Assembly (NCBI RefSeq): GCF_036365525.1 | Contig: NC_090378.1 | Coordinates: 123,737,593 to 123,801,592, forward strand | Reading direction: 5' to 3' | DNA length: 64,000 nt | Source: Heterodontus francisci | Taxonomy: Eukaryota | In this document: in pieces, positions 35,901 to 50,454 of the stretch | Numbering within the stretch: the first letter of the stretch is position 1 | How the letters are laid out: the number at the start of each line of letters is the position of its first letter | Notes under the pieces: model-generated | The model's database searches: none | Seen by the model: only the letters and a program-made list of their open reading frames with translations | What the model was told of the DNA's origin: nothing | Made by a program: the position numbers and the translations under genes

Positions 35901-38900
35901 GGATTGTGAAGTGTGATGTATCTGAGTACACAGACTGGATTGTGAAGTGTGATGTACCTGAGTACACAGACTGGATTGTGAAGTGTGATGTATCTGAGTA
36001 CACAGACTGGATTGTGAAGTGTGATGTATCTGAGTACACAGACTGGATTGTGAAGTGTTATGTACCTGAGTACACATACTGGATTGTGAAGTGTGATGTT
36101 CCTGAGTACACCGACTGGATTGTGAAGTGTGATGTACCTGAGTACACAGACTGGATTGTGAAGTGTGATGTACCTGAGTACACAGACTGGATTGTGAAGT
36201 GTGATGTATCTGAGTACACAGACTGGATTGTGAAGTGTGATGTACCTGAGTACACAGACTGGATTGTGAAGTGTGATGTCCCTGAGTACACAGACTGGAT
36301 TGTGAAGTGTGATGTATCTGAGTACACAGACTGGATTGTGAAGTGTGATGTTCCTGAGTACACAGACTGGATTGTGAAGTGTGATGTACCTGAGTACACC
36401 GACTGGATTGTGAAGTGTGATGTATCTGAGTACACAGACTGGATTGTGACGTGTGATGTACCTGAGTACACAGACTGGATTGTGAAGTGTGATGTATCTG
36501 AGTACACAGACTGGATTGTGAAGTGTGATGTATCTGAGTACACAGACTGGATTGTGAAGTGTGATGTACCTGAGTACACAGACTCGACTGTGAAGTTTGA
36601 TGTACCTGAGTACACAGACTGGATTGTGAAATGTGATGTACCTGAGTACACAGACTGGATTGTGAAGTGTGATGTCCCTGAGTATGCAGACCGGATTGTG
36701 AATTGTGATGTTCCTGAGTACACAGACTGGATTGTGAAGTGTGATGTCCCTGAGTACACAGAATGGATTGTGAAGTGTGATGTCCCTGAGTACACAGACT
36801 GGATTGTGAAGTGTGATGTACCTGAGTACACAGACTGGATTGTGAAGTGTGATGTACCTGAGTACACAGACTGGATTGTGAAGTGTGATGTCCCTGAGTA
36901 TGCAGACCGGATTGTGAATTGTGATGTTCCTGAGTACACAGACTGGATTGTGAAGTGTGATGTCCCTGAGTACGCAGACTGGATTGTGAAGTGTGATGTC
37001 CCTGAGTACACAGACTGGATTGTGAAGTGTGATGTCCCTGAGTATGCAGACCGGATTGTGAATTGTGATGTTCCTGAGTACACAGACTGGATTGTGAAGT
37101 GTGATGTCCCTGAGTACACAGACTGGATTGTGAAGTGTGATGTACCTGAGTACACAGACTGGATTGTGAAGTGTGATGTCCCTGAGTATGCAGACCGGAT
37201 TGTGAATTGTGATGTTCCTGAGTACACAGACTGGATTGTGAAGTGTGATGTCCCTGAGTACACAGACTGGATTGTGAAGTGTGATGTCCCTGAGTACACA
37301 GACTGGATTGTGAAGTGTGATGTCCCTGAGTACACAGACTGGATTGTGAAGTGTGATGTACCTGAGTAAACAGACTGGACTGTGAAGTGTGATGTACCTG
37401 AGTAAACAGACTGGATTATGAAGTGTGATCTACTTGAGGACACAGACTGGATTGTGAAGTGTGATGTACCTGAGTACACAGACTGGACTGTGACGTGTGA
37501 TGTACCTGAGTACACAGACTGGACTGTGAAGTGTGATGTACCTGAGTACACAGACTGGATTGTGAACTGTGATGTTCCTGAGCACACAGACTGGATTGTG
37601 AAGTGTGATGTATCTGAGTACACAGACTGGATTGTGAAGTGTGATGTTCCTGAGTACACAGACTGGATTGTGAAGTGTGATGTATCTGAGTACACAGACT
37701 GGATTGTGAAGTGTGATGTACCTGAGTACACAGACTGGATTGTGAAGTGTGATGTACCTGAGTACACAGACTGGATTGTGAAGTGTGATGTACCTGAGTA
37801 CACAGACTGGATTGTGAAGTGTGATGTCCCTGAGTATACAGACTGGATTGTGAAGTGTTATGTACCTGAGTACACAGACTGGATTGTGAAGTGTGATGTC
37901 CCTGAGTACACAGACTGGATTGTGAAGTGTGATGTACCTGAGTACACAGACTGGATTGTGAAGTGTGATGTCCCTGAGTATACAGACTGGATTGTGAAGT
38001 GTGATGTACCTGAGTACACAGACCGGATTGAGAAGTGTGATGTTCCTGAGTATACAGACTGGATTGTGAAGTGTGATGTACCTGAGTACACAGACTGGAT
38101 TGTGAAGTGTTATGTACCTGAGGACACAGACTGGATTGTGAAGTGTGATGTACCTGAGTACACAGACCGGATTGAGAAGTGTGATGTTCCTGAGTATACA
38201 GACTGGATTGTGAAGTGTGATGTACCTGAGTACACAGACTGGATTGTGAAGTGTTATGTACCTGAGTACACAGACTGGATTGTGAAGTGTGATGTCCCTG
38301 AGTATACAGACTGGATTGTGAAGTGTGATGTACCTGAGTACACAGACTGGATTGTGAAGTGTGATGTACCTGAGTACACAGACTGGATTGTGAAGTGTGA
38401 TGTACCTGAGTACACAGACTGGATTGTGAAGTGTGATGTCCCTGAGTATACAGACTGGATTGTGAAGTGTTATGTACCTGAGTACACAGACTGGATTGTG
38501 AAGTGTGATGTCCCTGAGTACACAGACTGGATTGTGAAGTGTGATGTACCTGAGTACACAGACTGGATTGTGAAGTGTGATGTCCCTGAGTATACGGACT
38601 GGATTGTGAAGTGTGATGTACCTGAGTACACAGACCGGATTGAGAAGTGTGATGTTCCTGAGTATACAGACTGGATTGTGAAGTGTGATGTACCTGAGTA
38701 CACAGACTGGATTGTGAAGTGTTATGTACCTGAGTACACAGACTGGATTGTGAAGTGTGATGTCCCTGAGTGTACAGACTGGATTGTGAAGTGTGATGTA
38801 CCTGAGTACACAGACTGGATTGTGAAGTGTGATGTACCTGAGTACACAGACTGGATTGTGAAGTGTGATGTACCTGAGTACACAGACTGGATTGTGAAGT

Positions 38901-41900
38901 GTGATGTCCCTGAGTACACAGACTGGATTGTGAAGTGTGATGTACCTGAGTACACAGACTGGATTGTGAAGTGTGATGTCCCTGAGTACACAGACTGGAT
39001 TGTGAAGTGTGATGTACCTGAGTACACAGACTGGATTGTGAAGTGTTATGTACCTGAGTACACAGACTGGATTGTGAAGTGTGATGTCCCTGAGTATACA
39101 GACTGGATTGTGAAGTGTGATGTACCTGAGTACACAGACTGGATTGTGAAGTGTGATGTACCTGAGTACACAGACTGGATTGTGAAGTGTGATGTCCCTG
39201 AGTATACAGACTGGATTGTGAAGTGTGATGTACCTGAGTACACAGACTGGATTGTGAAGTGTTATGTACCTGAGTACACAGACTGGATTGTGAAGTGTGA
39301 TGTACCTGAGTACACAGACTGGACTGTGAAGTGTGATGTATCTGAGTACACAGACTGGATTGTGAAGTGTGATGTACCTGAGTATACAGACTGGATTGTG
39401 AAGTGTGATGTACCTGAGTACACAGACTGGACTGTGAAGTGTGATGTACCTGAGTACACAGACTGGACTGTGAAGTGTGATGTATCTGAGTACACAGACT
39501 GGATTGTGAAGTGTGATGTGCCTGAGTACACAGACTGGATTGTGAAGTGTGATGTACCTGAGTACACAGACTGGATTATGAAGTGTGATGTATCTGAGTA
39601 CACAGACTGGACTGTGAAGTGTGATGTATCTGAGTACACAGACTGGATTGTGAAGTGTGATGTACCTGAGTACACAGACTGGACTGTGAAGTGTGATGTA
39701 TCTGAGTACACAGACTGGATTGTGAAGTGTGATGTACCTGAGTACACAGACTGGATTGTGAAGTGTTATGTACCTGAGTACACAGACTGGATTGTGAAGT
39801 GTGATGTACCTGAGTACACAGACTGGACTGTGAAGTGTGATGTATCTGAGTACACAGACTGGATTGTGAAGTGTGATGTACCTGAGTACACAGACTGGAT
39901 TGTGAAGTGTGATGTACCTGAGTACACAGACTGGATTATGAAGTGTGATGAATCTGAGTACACAGACTGGATTGTGAAGTGTGATGTATCTGAGTACACA
40001 GACTGGATTGTGAAGTGTGATGTACCTGAGTACACAGACTGGATTGTGAAGTGTGATGTATCTGAGTACACAGACTGGATTGTGAAGTGTGATGTATCTG
40101 AGTACACAGACTGGATTGTGAAGTGTTATGTACCTGAGTACACATACTGGATTGTGAAGTGTGATGTTCCTGAGTACACAGACTGGATTGTGAAGTGTGA
40201 TGTACCTGAGTACACAGACTGGATTGTGAAGTGTGATGTCCCTGAGTATACAGACTGGATTGTGAAGTGTTATGTACCTGAGTACACAGACTGGATTGTG
40301 AAGTGTGATGTCCCTGAGTACACAGACTGGATTGTGAAGTGTGATGTACCTGAGTACACAGACTGGATTGTGAAGTGTGATGTCCCTGAGTATACAGACT
40401 GGATTGTGAAGTGTGATGTACCTGAGTACACAGACCGGATTGAGAAGTGTGATGTTCCTGAGTATACAGACTGGATTGTGAAGTGTGATGTACCTGAGTA
40501 CACAGACTGGATTGTGAAGTGTTATGTACCTGAGTACACAGACTGGATTGTGAAGTGTGATGTCCCTGAGTATACAGACTGGATTGTGAAGTGTGATGTA
40601 CCTGAGTACACAGACTGGATTGTGAAGTGTGATGTACCTGAGTACACAGACTGGATTGTGAAGTGTGATGTACCTGAGTACACAGACTGGATTGTGAAGT
40701 GTGATGTCCCTGAGTACACAGACTGGATTGTGAAGTGTGATGTACCTGAGTACACAGACTGGATTGTGAAGTGTGATGTCCCTGAGTACACAGACTGGAT
40801 TGTGAAGTGTGATGTACCTGAGTACACAGACTGGATTGTGAAGTGTTATGTACCTGAGTACACAGACTGGATTGTGAAGTGTGATGTCCCTGAGTATACA
40901 GACTGGATTGTGAAGTGTGATGTACCTGAGTACACAGACTGGATTGTGAAGTGTGATGTACCTGAGTACACAGACTGGATTGTGAAGTGTGATGTCCCTG
41001 AGTATACAGACTGGATTGTGAAGTGTGATGTACCTGAGTACACAGACTGGATTGTGAAGTGTTATGTACCTGAGTACACAGACTGGATTGTGAAGTGTGA
41101 TGTACCTGAGTACACAGACTGGACTGTGAAGTGTGATGTATCTGAGTACACAGACTGGATTGTGAAGTGTGATGTACCTGAGTATACAGACTGGATTGTG
41201 AAGTGTGATGTACCTGAGTACACAGACTGGACTGTGAAGTGTGATGTACCTGAGTACACAGACTGGACTGTGAAGTGTGATGTATCTGAGTACACAGACT
41301 GGATTGTGAAGTGTGATGTACCTGAGTACACAGACTGGATTGTGAAGTGTGATGTACCTGAGTACACAGACTGGATTATGAAGTGTGATGTATCTGAGTA
41401 CACAGACTGGACTGTGAAGTGTGATGTATCGGAGTACACAGACTGGATTGTGAAGTGTGATGTACCTGAGTACACAGACTGGACTGTGAAGTGTGATGTA
41501 TCTGAGTACACAGACTGGATTGTGAAGTGTGATGTACCTGAGTACACAGACTGGATTGTGAAGTGTTATGTACCTGAGTACACAGACTGGATTGTGAAGT
41601 GTGATGTACCTGAGTACACAGACTGGACTGTGAAGTGTGATGTATCTGAGTACACAGACTGGATTGTGAAGTGTGATGTACCTGAGTACACAGACTGGAT
41701 TGTGAAGTGTGATGTACCTGAGTACACAGACTGGATTATGAAGTGTGATGTATCTGAGTACACAGACTGGATTGTGAAGTGTGATGTATCTGAGTACACA
41801 GACTGGATTGTGAAGTGTGATGTACCTGAGTACACAGACTGGATTGTGAAGTGTGATGTATCTGAGTACACAGACTGGATTGTGAAGTGTGATGTATCTG

Positions 41901-44900
41901 AGTACACAGACTGGATTGTGAAGTGTTATGTACCTGAGTACACATACTGGATTGTGAAGTGTGATGTTCCTGAGTACACCGACTGGATTGTGAAGTGTGA
42001 TGTACCTGAGTACACAGACTGGATTGTGAAGTGTGATGTACCTGAGTACACAGACTGGATTGTGAAGTGTGATGTATCTGAGTACACAGACTGGATTGTG
42101 AAGTGTGATGTACCTGAGTACACAGACTGGATTGTGAAGTGTGATGTCCCTGAGTACACAGACTGGATTGTGAAGTGTGATGTATCTGAGTACACAGACT
42201 GGATTGTGAAGTGTGATGTTCCTGAGTACACAGACTGGATTGTGAAGTGTGATGTACCTGAGTACACCGACTGGATTGTGAAGTGTGATGTATCTGAGTA
42301 CACAGACTGGATTGTGAAGTGTGATGTACCTGAGTACACAGACTGGATTGTGAAGTGTGATGTATCTGAGTACACAGACTGGATTGTGAAGTGTGATGTA
42401 TCTGAGTACACAGACTGGATTGTGAAGTGTGATGTACCTGAGTACACAGACTCGACTGTGAAGTTTGATGTACCTGAGTACACAGACTGGATTGTGAAAT
42501 GTGATGTACCTGAGTACACAGACTGGATTGTGAAGTGTGATGTCCCTGAGTATGCAGACCGGATTGTGAATTGTGATGTTCCTGAGTACACAGACTGGAT
42601 TGTGAAGTGTGATGTCCCTGAGTACACAGAATGGATTGTGAAGTGTGATGTCCCTGAGTACACAGACTGGATTGTGAAGTGTGATGTACCTGAGTACACA
42701 GACTGGATTGTGAAGTGTGATGTACCTGAGTACACAGACTGGATTGTGAAGTGTGATGTCCCTGAGTATGCAGACCGGATTGTGAATTGTGATGTTCCTG
42801 AGTACACAGACTGGATTGTGAAGTGTGATGTCCCTGAGTACGCAGACTGGATTGTGAAGTGTGATGTCCCTGAGTACACAGACTGGATTGTGAAGTGTGA
42901 TGTCCCTGAGTATGCAGACCGGATTGTGAATTGTGATGTTCCTGAGTACACAGACTGGATTGTGAAGTGTGATGTCCCTGAGTACACAGACTGGATTGTG
43001 AAGTGTGATGTACCTGAGTACACAGACTGGATTGTGAAGTGTGATGTCCCTGAGTATGCAGACCGGATTGTGAATTGTGATGTTCCTGAGTACACAGACT
43101 GGATTGTGAAGTGTGATGTCCCTGAGTACACAGACTGGATTGTGAAGTGTGATGTCCCTGAGTACACAGACTGGATTGTGAAGTGTGATGTCCCTGAGTA
43201 CACAGACTGGATTGTGAAGTGTGATGTACCTGAGTAAACAGACTGGACTGTGAAGTGTGATGTACCTGAGTAAACAGACTGGATTATGAAGTGTGATCTA
43301 CTTGAGGACACAGACTGGATTGTGAAGTGTGATGTACCTGAGTACACAGACTGGACTGTGACGTGTGATGTACCTGAGTACACAGACTGGACTGTGAAGT
43401 GTGATGTACCTGAGTACACAGACTGGATTGTGAACTGTGATGTTCCTGAGCACACAGACTGGATTGTGAAGTGTGATGTATCTGAGTACACAGACTGGAT
43501 TGTGAAGTGTGATGTTCCTGAGTACACAGACTGGATTGTGAAGTGTGATGTATCTGAGTACACAGACTGGATTGTGAAGTGTGATGTACCTGAGTACACA
43601 GACTGGATTGTGAAGTGTGATGTACCTGAGTACACAGACTGGATTGTGAAGTGTGATGTACCTGAGTACACAGACTGGATTGTGAAGTGTGATGTCCCTG
43701 AGTATACAGACTGGATTGTGAAGTGTTATGTACCTGAGTACACAGACTGGATTGTGAAGTGTGATGTCCCTGAGTACACAGACTGGATTGTGAAGTGTGA
43801 TGTACCTGAGTACACAGACTGGATTGTGAAGTGTGATGTCCCTGAGTATACAGACTGGATTGTGAAGTGTGATGTACCTGAGTACACAGACCGGATTGAG
43901 AAGTGTGATGTTCCTGAGTATACAGACTGGATTGTGAAGTGTGATGTACCTGAGTACACAGACTGGATTGTGAAGTGTTATGTACCTGAGGACACAGACT
44001 GGATTGTGAAGTGTGATGTACCTGAGTACACAGACCGGATTGAGAAGTGTGATGTTCCTGAGTATACAGACTGGATTGTGAAGTGTGATGTACCTGAGTA
44101 CACAGACTGGATTGTGAAGTGTTATGTACCTGAGTACACAGACTGGATTGTGAAGTGTGATGTCCCTGAGTATACAGACTGGATTGTGAAGTGTGATGTA
44201 CCTGAGTACACAGACTGGATTGTGAAGTGTGATGTACCTGAGTACACAGACTGGATTGTGAAGTGTGATGTACCTGAGTACACAGACTGGATTGTGAAGT
44301 GTGATGTCCCTGAGTATACAGACTGGATTGTGAAGTGTTATGTACCTGAGTACACAGACTGGATTGTGAAGTGTGATGTCCCTGAGTACACAGACTGGAT
44401 TGTGAAGTGTGATGTACCTGAGTACACAGACTGGATTGTGAAGTGTGATGTCCCTGAGTATACGGACTGGATTGTGAAGTGTGATGTACCTGAGTACACA
44501 GACCGGATTGAGAAGTGTGATGTTCCTGAGTATACAGACTGGATTGTGAAGTGTGATGTACCTGAGTACACAGACTGGATTGTGAAGTGTTATGTACCTG
44601 AGTACACAGACTGGATTGTGAAGTGTGATGTCCCTGAGTGTACAGACTGGATTGTGAAGTGTGATGTACCTGAGTACACAGACTGGATTGTGAAGTGTGA
44701 TGTACCTGAGTACACAGACTGGATTGTGAAGTGTGATGTACCTGAGTACACAGACTGGATTGTGAAGTGTGATGTCCCTGAGTACACAGACTGGATTGTG
44801 AAGTGTGATGTACCTGAGTACACAGACTGGATTGTGAAGTGTGATGTCCCTGAGTACACAGACTGGATTGTGAAGTGTGATGTACCTGAGTACACAGACT

Positions 44901-47900
44901 GGATTGTGAAGTGTTATGTACCTGAGTACACAGACTGGATTGTGAAGTGTGATGTCCCTGAGTATACAGACTGGATTGTGAAGTGTGATGTACCTGAGTA
45001 CACAGACTGGATTGTGAAGTGTGATGTACCTGAGTACACAGACTGGATTGTGAAGTGTGATGTCCCTGAGTATACAGACTGGATTGTGAAGTGTGATGTA
45101 CCTGAGTACACAGACTGGATTGTGAAGTGTTATGTACCTGAGTACACAGACTGGATTGTGAAGTGTGATGTACCTGAGTACACAGACTGGACTGTGAAGT
45201 GTGATGTATCTGAGTACACAGACTGGATTGTGAAGTGTGATGTACCTGAGTATACAGACTGGATTGTGAAGTGTGATGTACCTGAGTACACAGACTGGAC
45301 TGTGAAGTGTGATGTACCTGAGTACACAGACTGGACTGTGAAGTGTGATGTATCTGAGTACACAGACTGGATTGTGAAGTGTGATGTGCCTGAGTACACA
45401 GACTGGATTGTGAAGTGTGATGTACCTGAGTACACAGACTGGATTATGAAGTGTGATGTATCTGAGTACACAGACTGGACTGTGAAGTGTGATGTATCTG
45501 AGTACACAGACTGGATTGTGAAGTGTGATGTACCTGAGTACACAGACTGGACTGTGAAGTGTGATGTATCTGAGTACACAGACTGGATTGTGAAGTGTGA
45601 TGTACCTGAGTACACAGACTGGATTGTGAAGTGTTATGTACCTGAGTACACAGACTGGATTGTGAAGTGTGATGTACCTGAGTACACAGACTGGACTGTG
45701 AAGTGTGATGTATCTGAGTACACAGACTGGATTGTGAAGTGTGATGTACCTGAGTACACAGACTGGATTGTGAAGTGTGATGTACCTGAGTACACAGACT
45801 GGATTATGAAGTGTGATGAATCTGAGTACACAGACTGGATTGTGAAGTGTGATGTATCTGAGTACACAGACTGGATTGTGAAGTGTGATGTACCTGAGTA
45901 CACAGACTGGATTGTGAAGTGTGATGTATCTGAGTACACAGACTGGATTGTGAAGTGTGATGTATCTGAGTACACAGACTGGATTGTGAAGTGTTATGTA
46001 CCTGAGTACACATACTGGATTGTGAAGTGTGATGTTCCTGAGTACACCGACTGGATTGTGAAGTGTGATGTACCTGAGTACACAGACTGGATTGTGAAGT
46101 GTGATGTACCTGAGTACACAGACTGGATTGTGAAGTGTGATGTATCTGAGTACACAGACTGGATTGTGAAGTGTGATGTACCTGAGTACACAGACTGGAT
46201 TGTGAAGTGTGATGTCCCTGAGTACACAGACTGGATTGTGAAGTGTGATGTATCTGAGTACACAGACTGGATTGTGAAGTATGATGTTCCTGAGTACACA
46301 GACTGGATTGTGAAGTGTGATGTACCTGAGTACACCGACTGGATTGTGAAGTGTGATGTATCTGAGTACACAGACTGGATTGTGAAGTGTGATGTACCTG
46401 AGTACACAGACTGGATTGTGAAGTGTGATGTATCTGAGTACACAGACTGGATTGTGAAGTGTGATGTATCTGAGTACACAGACTGGATTGTGAAGTGTGA
46501 TGTACCTGAGTACACAGACTCGACTGTGAAGTTTGATGTACCTGAGTACACAGACTGGATTGTGAAATGTGATGTACCTGAGTACACAGACTGGATTGTG
46601 AAGTGTGATGTCCCTGAGTATGCAGACCGGATTGTGAATTGTGATGTTCCTGAGTACACAGACTGGATTGTGAAGTGTGATGTCCCTGAGTACACAGACT
46701 GGATTGTGAAGTGTGATGTCCCTGAGTACACAGACTGGATTGTGAAGTGTGATGTACCTGAGTACACAGACTGGATTGTGAAGTGTGATGTACCTGAGTA
46801 CACAGACTGGATTGTGAAGTGTGATGTCCCTGAGTATGCAGACCGGATTGTGAATTGTGATGTTCCTGAGTACACAGACTGGATTGTGAAGTGTGATGTC
46901 CCTGAGTACACAGACTGGATTGTGAAGTGTGATGTCCCTGAGTACACAGACTGGATTGTGAAGTGTGATGTCCCTGAGTATGCAGACCGGATTGTGAATT
47001 GTGATGTTCCTGAGTACACAGACTGGATTGTGAAGTGTGATGTCCCTGAGTACACAGACTGGATTGTGAAGTGTGATGTACCTGAGTACACAGACTGGAT
47101 TGTGAAGTGTGATGTCCCTGAGTATGCAGACCGGATTGTGAATTGTGATGTTCCTGAGTACACAGACTGGATTGTGAAGTGTGATGTCCCTGAGTACACA
47201 GACTTTATTGTGAAGTGTGATGTCCCTGAGTACACAGACTGGATTGTGAAGTGTGATGTCCCTGAGTACACAGACTGGATTGTGAAGTGTGATGTACCTG
47301 AGTAAACAGACTGGACTGTGAAGTGTGATGTACCTGAGTAAACAGACTGGATTATGAAGTGTGATCTACTTGAGGACACAGACTGGATTGTGAAGTGTGA
47401 TGTACCTGAGTACACAGACTGGACTGTGACGTGTGATGTACCTGAGTACACAGACTGGACTGTGAAGTGTGATGTACCTGAGTACACAGACTGGATTGTG
47501 AAGTGTGATGTTCCTGAGCACACAGACTGGATTGTGAAGTGTGATGTATCTGAGTACACAGACTGGATTGTGAAGTGTGATGTTCCTGAGTACACAGACT
47601 GGATTGTGAAGTGTGATGTATCTGAGTACACAGACTGGATTGTGAAGTGTGATGTATCTGAGTACACAGACTGGATTGTGAAGTGTGATGTACCTGAGTA
47701 CACAGACTGGATTGTGAAGTGTGATCTACTTGAGTACACAGACTGGATTGTGAAGTGTGATGTATCTGAGTACACAGACTGGATTGTGAAGTGTGATGTA
47801 TCTGAGTACACAGAATGGATTGTGAAGTGTGATCTACTTGAGTACACAGACTGGATTGTGAAGTGTGATGTATCTGAGTACACAGACTGGATTGTGAAGT

Positions 47901-48640
47901 GTGATGTTCCTGAGTACACAGACTGGATTGTGAAGTGTGATGTATCTGAGTATAGAGACTGGATTGTGAAGTGTGATGTATCTGAGTACACAGAATGGAT
48001 TGTGAAGTGTGATGTATCTGAGTATAGAGACTGGATTGTGAAGTGTGATGTATCTGAGTACACAGACTGGATTGTGAAGTGTGATGTACCTGAGTACACA
48101 GACTGGATTGTGAAGGGTGATGTATCTGAGTACACAGACTGGATTGTGAAGTGTGATGTATCTGAGTACACAGAATGGATTGTGAAGTGTGATCTACTTG
48201 AGTACACAGACTGGATTGTGAAGTGTGATGTATCTGAGTACACAGACTGGATTGTGAAGTGTGATGTTCCTGAGTACACAGACTGGATTGTGAAGTGTGA
48301 TGTTCCTGAGTACACAGACTGGATTGTGAAGTGTGATGTATCTGAGTACACAGACTGGATTGTGAAGTGTGATGTTCCTGAGTACACAGACTGGATTGTG
48401 AAGTGTGATGTATCTGAGTACACAGACTGGATTGTGAAGTGTGATGTATCTGAGTACACAGACTGGATTGTGAAGTGTGATGTTCCTGAGTACACAGACT
48501 GGACTGTGAAGTGTGATCTACTTGAGTAAACAGACTGGATTGTGAAGTGTGATGTATCTGAGTACACAGACTGGACTGTGAAGTGTGATCTACTTGAGTA
48601 CACAGACTGAACTGTGAAGTGTGATGTACCTGAAAACACA
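32943..48640. repeat. 36-bp minisatellite, ~436 units, with higher-order repeats
   Basis: Unit GACTGGATTGTGAAGTGTGATGTACCTGAGTACACA in head-to-tail tandem without spacers; variant patterns recur at 900, 1800, 4068 and 5868 bp. Confidence 0.99.
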
Positions 48641-48649
48641 GGCTGGAGA

Positions 48650-48880
48650 GCAGAGAGAGGGCTCCCAAGTTTCCCGATGTGACACTGGAGACATTAATAG
48701 AGGAGGTACAAAGGAGGAGAGAATCAATGTTTGCACAAGGAGCCAGGAGGCCCTCAAAGCAAAACTCTCAGAAGAGAATGGGAGCGATGACCAGGGAGGT
48801 CAATTCCTGGAGTCTGGACCTGAGGACCTGACAGCAGTGTCGCGAGAAGTTCAGTGACCTCACAGGGTGGTCAAGGTCAG
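48650..48880 (+). mobile_element. Harbinger ORF2 Myb/SANT-like DNA-binding domain remnant
   Basis: RERAPKFPDVTLETLIEEVQRRRE..REVNS..RT*QQCREKFSDLT followed by a donor-like AAG|gtcagt. Confidence 0.7.
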
Positions 48881-49702
48881 TGAATGTATCTTCACAGGAC
48901 ATCTCCCACCAAGCACAGCACCAACCTCTCCTCCTGCTCATTGTACCACACCCCCATCACTCACCCAGTAACAATCCCGAGCACTCAGGATTCACTCCTG
49001 ACAGTCAAATACTCCACCTCACCCTCACACACCCACCAATGCATCCTAACCGCAACCCCCACCCCCTGAAGAACCATGGTATCTCTGCTCCTACCCACCT
49101 CCACTGTTCATGCCTCTGTCATCCTTGAAGCCCCTCCCTCCCCTGGCATTCTGTTTGGCATCATTAAAACTGCAGCAATATTATTCAGTTCAGATTTCCT
49201 TTAAAAGGGACAGCCTGCCTTTAAGAAGAGCAGCCTGTCTGCAAAACATGGTTTGTGAACAACACAACTGGGACCCTCTGAGGAACACAGAGGCTGTCAT
49301 CAGCATCTGTAAACAATTTCTGCTCATCTTGTTCACATCTTGTTAACTTAATTCTGCTTATTGTTAAAACATGAAATCAACATCTCAACATTGTCCAACT
49401 TTAGCACAGCCTGTCTGCATATATTACTCAACAGGATATATCTTTACTGACAAGGAGACCTTTTAAAATATAATAATGACACATTTCTGATAATCATATT
49501 CATAAAGTTTTTATTCTCCCTTTCATTAGTTCTATGCTCATTGACACAATGCTGTGGTTTCTACTTTGCCAAATGTAGAAGCCATTTGTAATGTTTTTGG
49601 TGCTGTTCAAATTTATTTCATCAAACTTACACTTAAAATATGCAGACATTATTCTGAATGGTATTAAATGTAACAAACTCAGGTCTGACTCCCAGCAGCT
49701 CA

Positions 49703-50325
49703 AATAGAGGGAGGGATGGAGCTCAGACAGAGGGAGGGATGGAGCTCAGACACAGGGAGGGATGAAGCTCAGATAGAGGGAGGGATGGAGCTCAGACAGA
49801 GGGAGGGATGGAGCTCAGACAGAGGGAGGCATGGAGCTCAGATAGAGGGAGGGATGGAGCTCAGATAGATGGAGGGATGGAGATCAGATAGAGGGAGGGA
49901 TGGAGCTCAGACAGAGGGAGGGATGGAGCTCAGTCACAGGGAGGGATGAAGCTCAGATAGAGGGAGGGATGGAGCTCAGACAGAGGGAGGGATGGAGCTC
50001 AGACAGAGGGAGGGATGGAGCTCAGATAGAGGGAGGGATGGAGCTCAGATAGATGGAGGGATGGAGATCAGACAGAGGGAGGATTGGAGCTCGGATGGAG
50101 GGAGGGATGGAGCTCAGATAGAGGGAGGGATGGAGCTCAGACAGAGGGAGGGATGGAGCTCAGACACAGGGAGGGATGAAGCTCAGATAGAGGGAGGGAT
50201 GGAGCTCAGACAGAGGGAGGGATGGAGCTCAGATAGAGGGAGGGATGGAGCTCAGATAGAGGGAGGGATGGAGATCAGATAGAGGGAGGGATGGAGCTCA
50301 GATGGAGGGAGGGATGGAGCTCAGG
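49703..50325. repeat. 23-bp G-rich minisatellite (~27 units)
   Basis: Unit AGAGGGAGGGATGGAGCTCAGA(C/T). Confidence 0.95.
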
Positions 50326-50454
50326 GAGGTGTGTATCTGAGAGGAAAGAGGATGTCCCTCCACCAATCCATGCAGCTCCCTGCTCCCCCATCCTGACGAC
50401 AGTCTCCACTATTACAGTTTGATGGTTTTCACCTTGTACGTTTTACTGATGTGA

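Noticed and set aside
32943-48640. CRISPR array (36-bp repeat length)
   Set aside because: Units are contiguous with no unique spacers, there are no cas genes, and the context is vertebrate
32943-48640. RSS-like motifs (CACAGAC / CACAATC) in the 36-bp unit
   Set aside because: No nonamer-like sequence at the 12- or 23-bp spacings checked (best about 4/9)
32921-48668. 1300-1900-aa ORFs called as genes
   Set aside because: Explained by a stop-free unit whose length is divisible by 3; no promoter, splice or non-repetitive coding context, so kept only as a low-confidence finding
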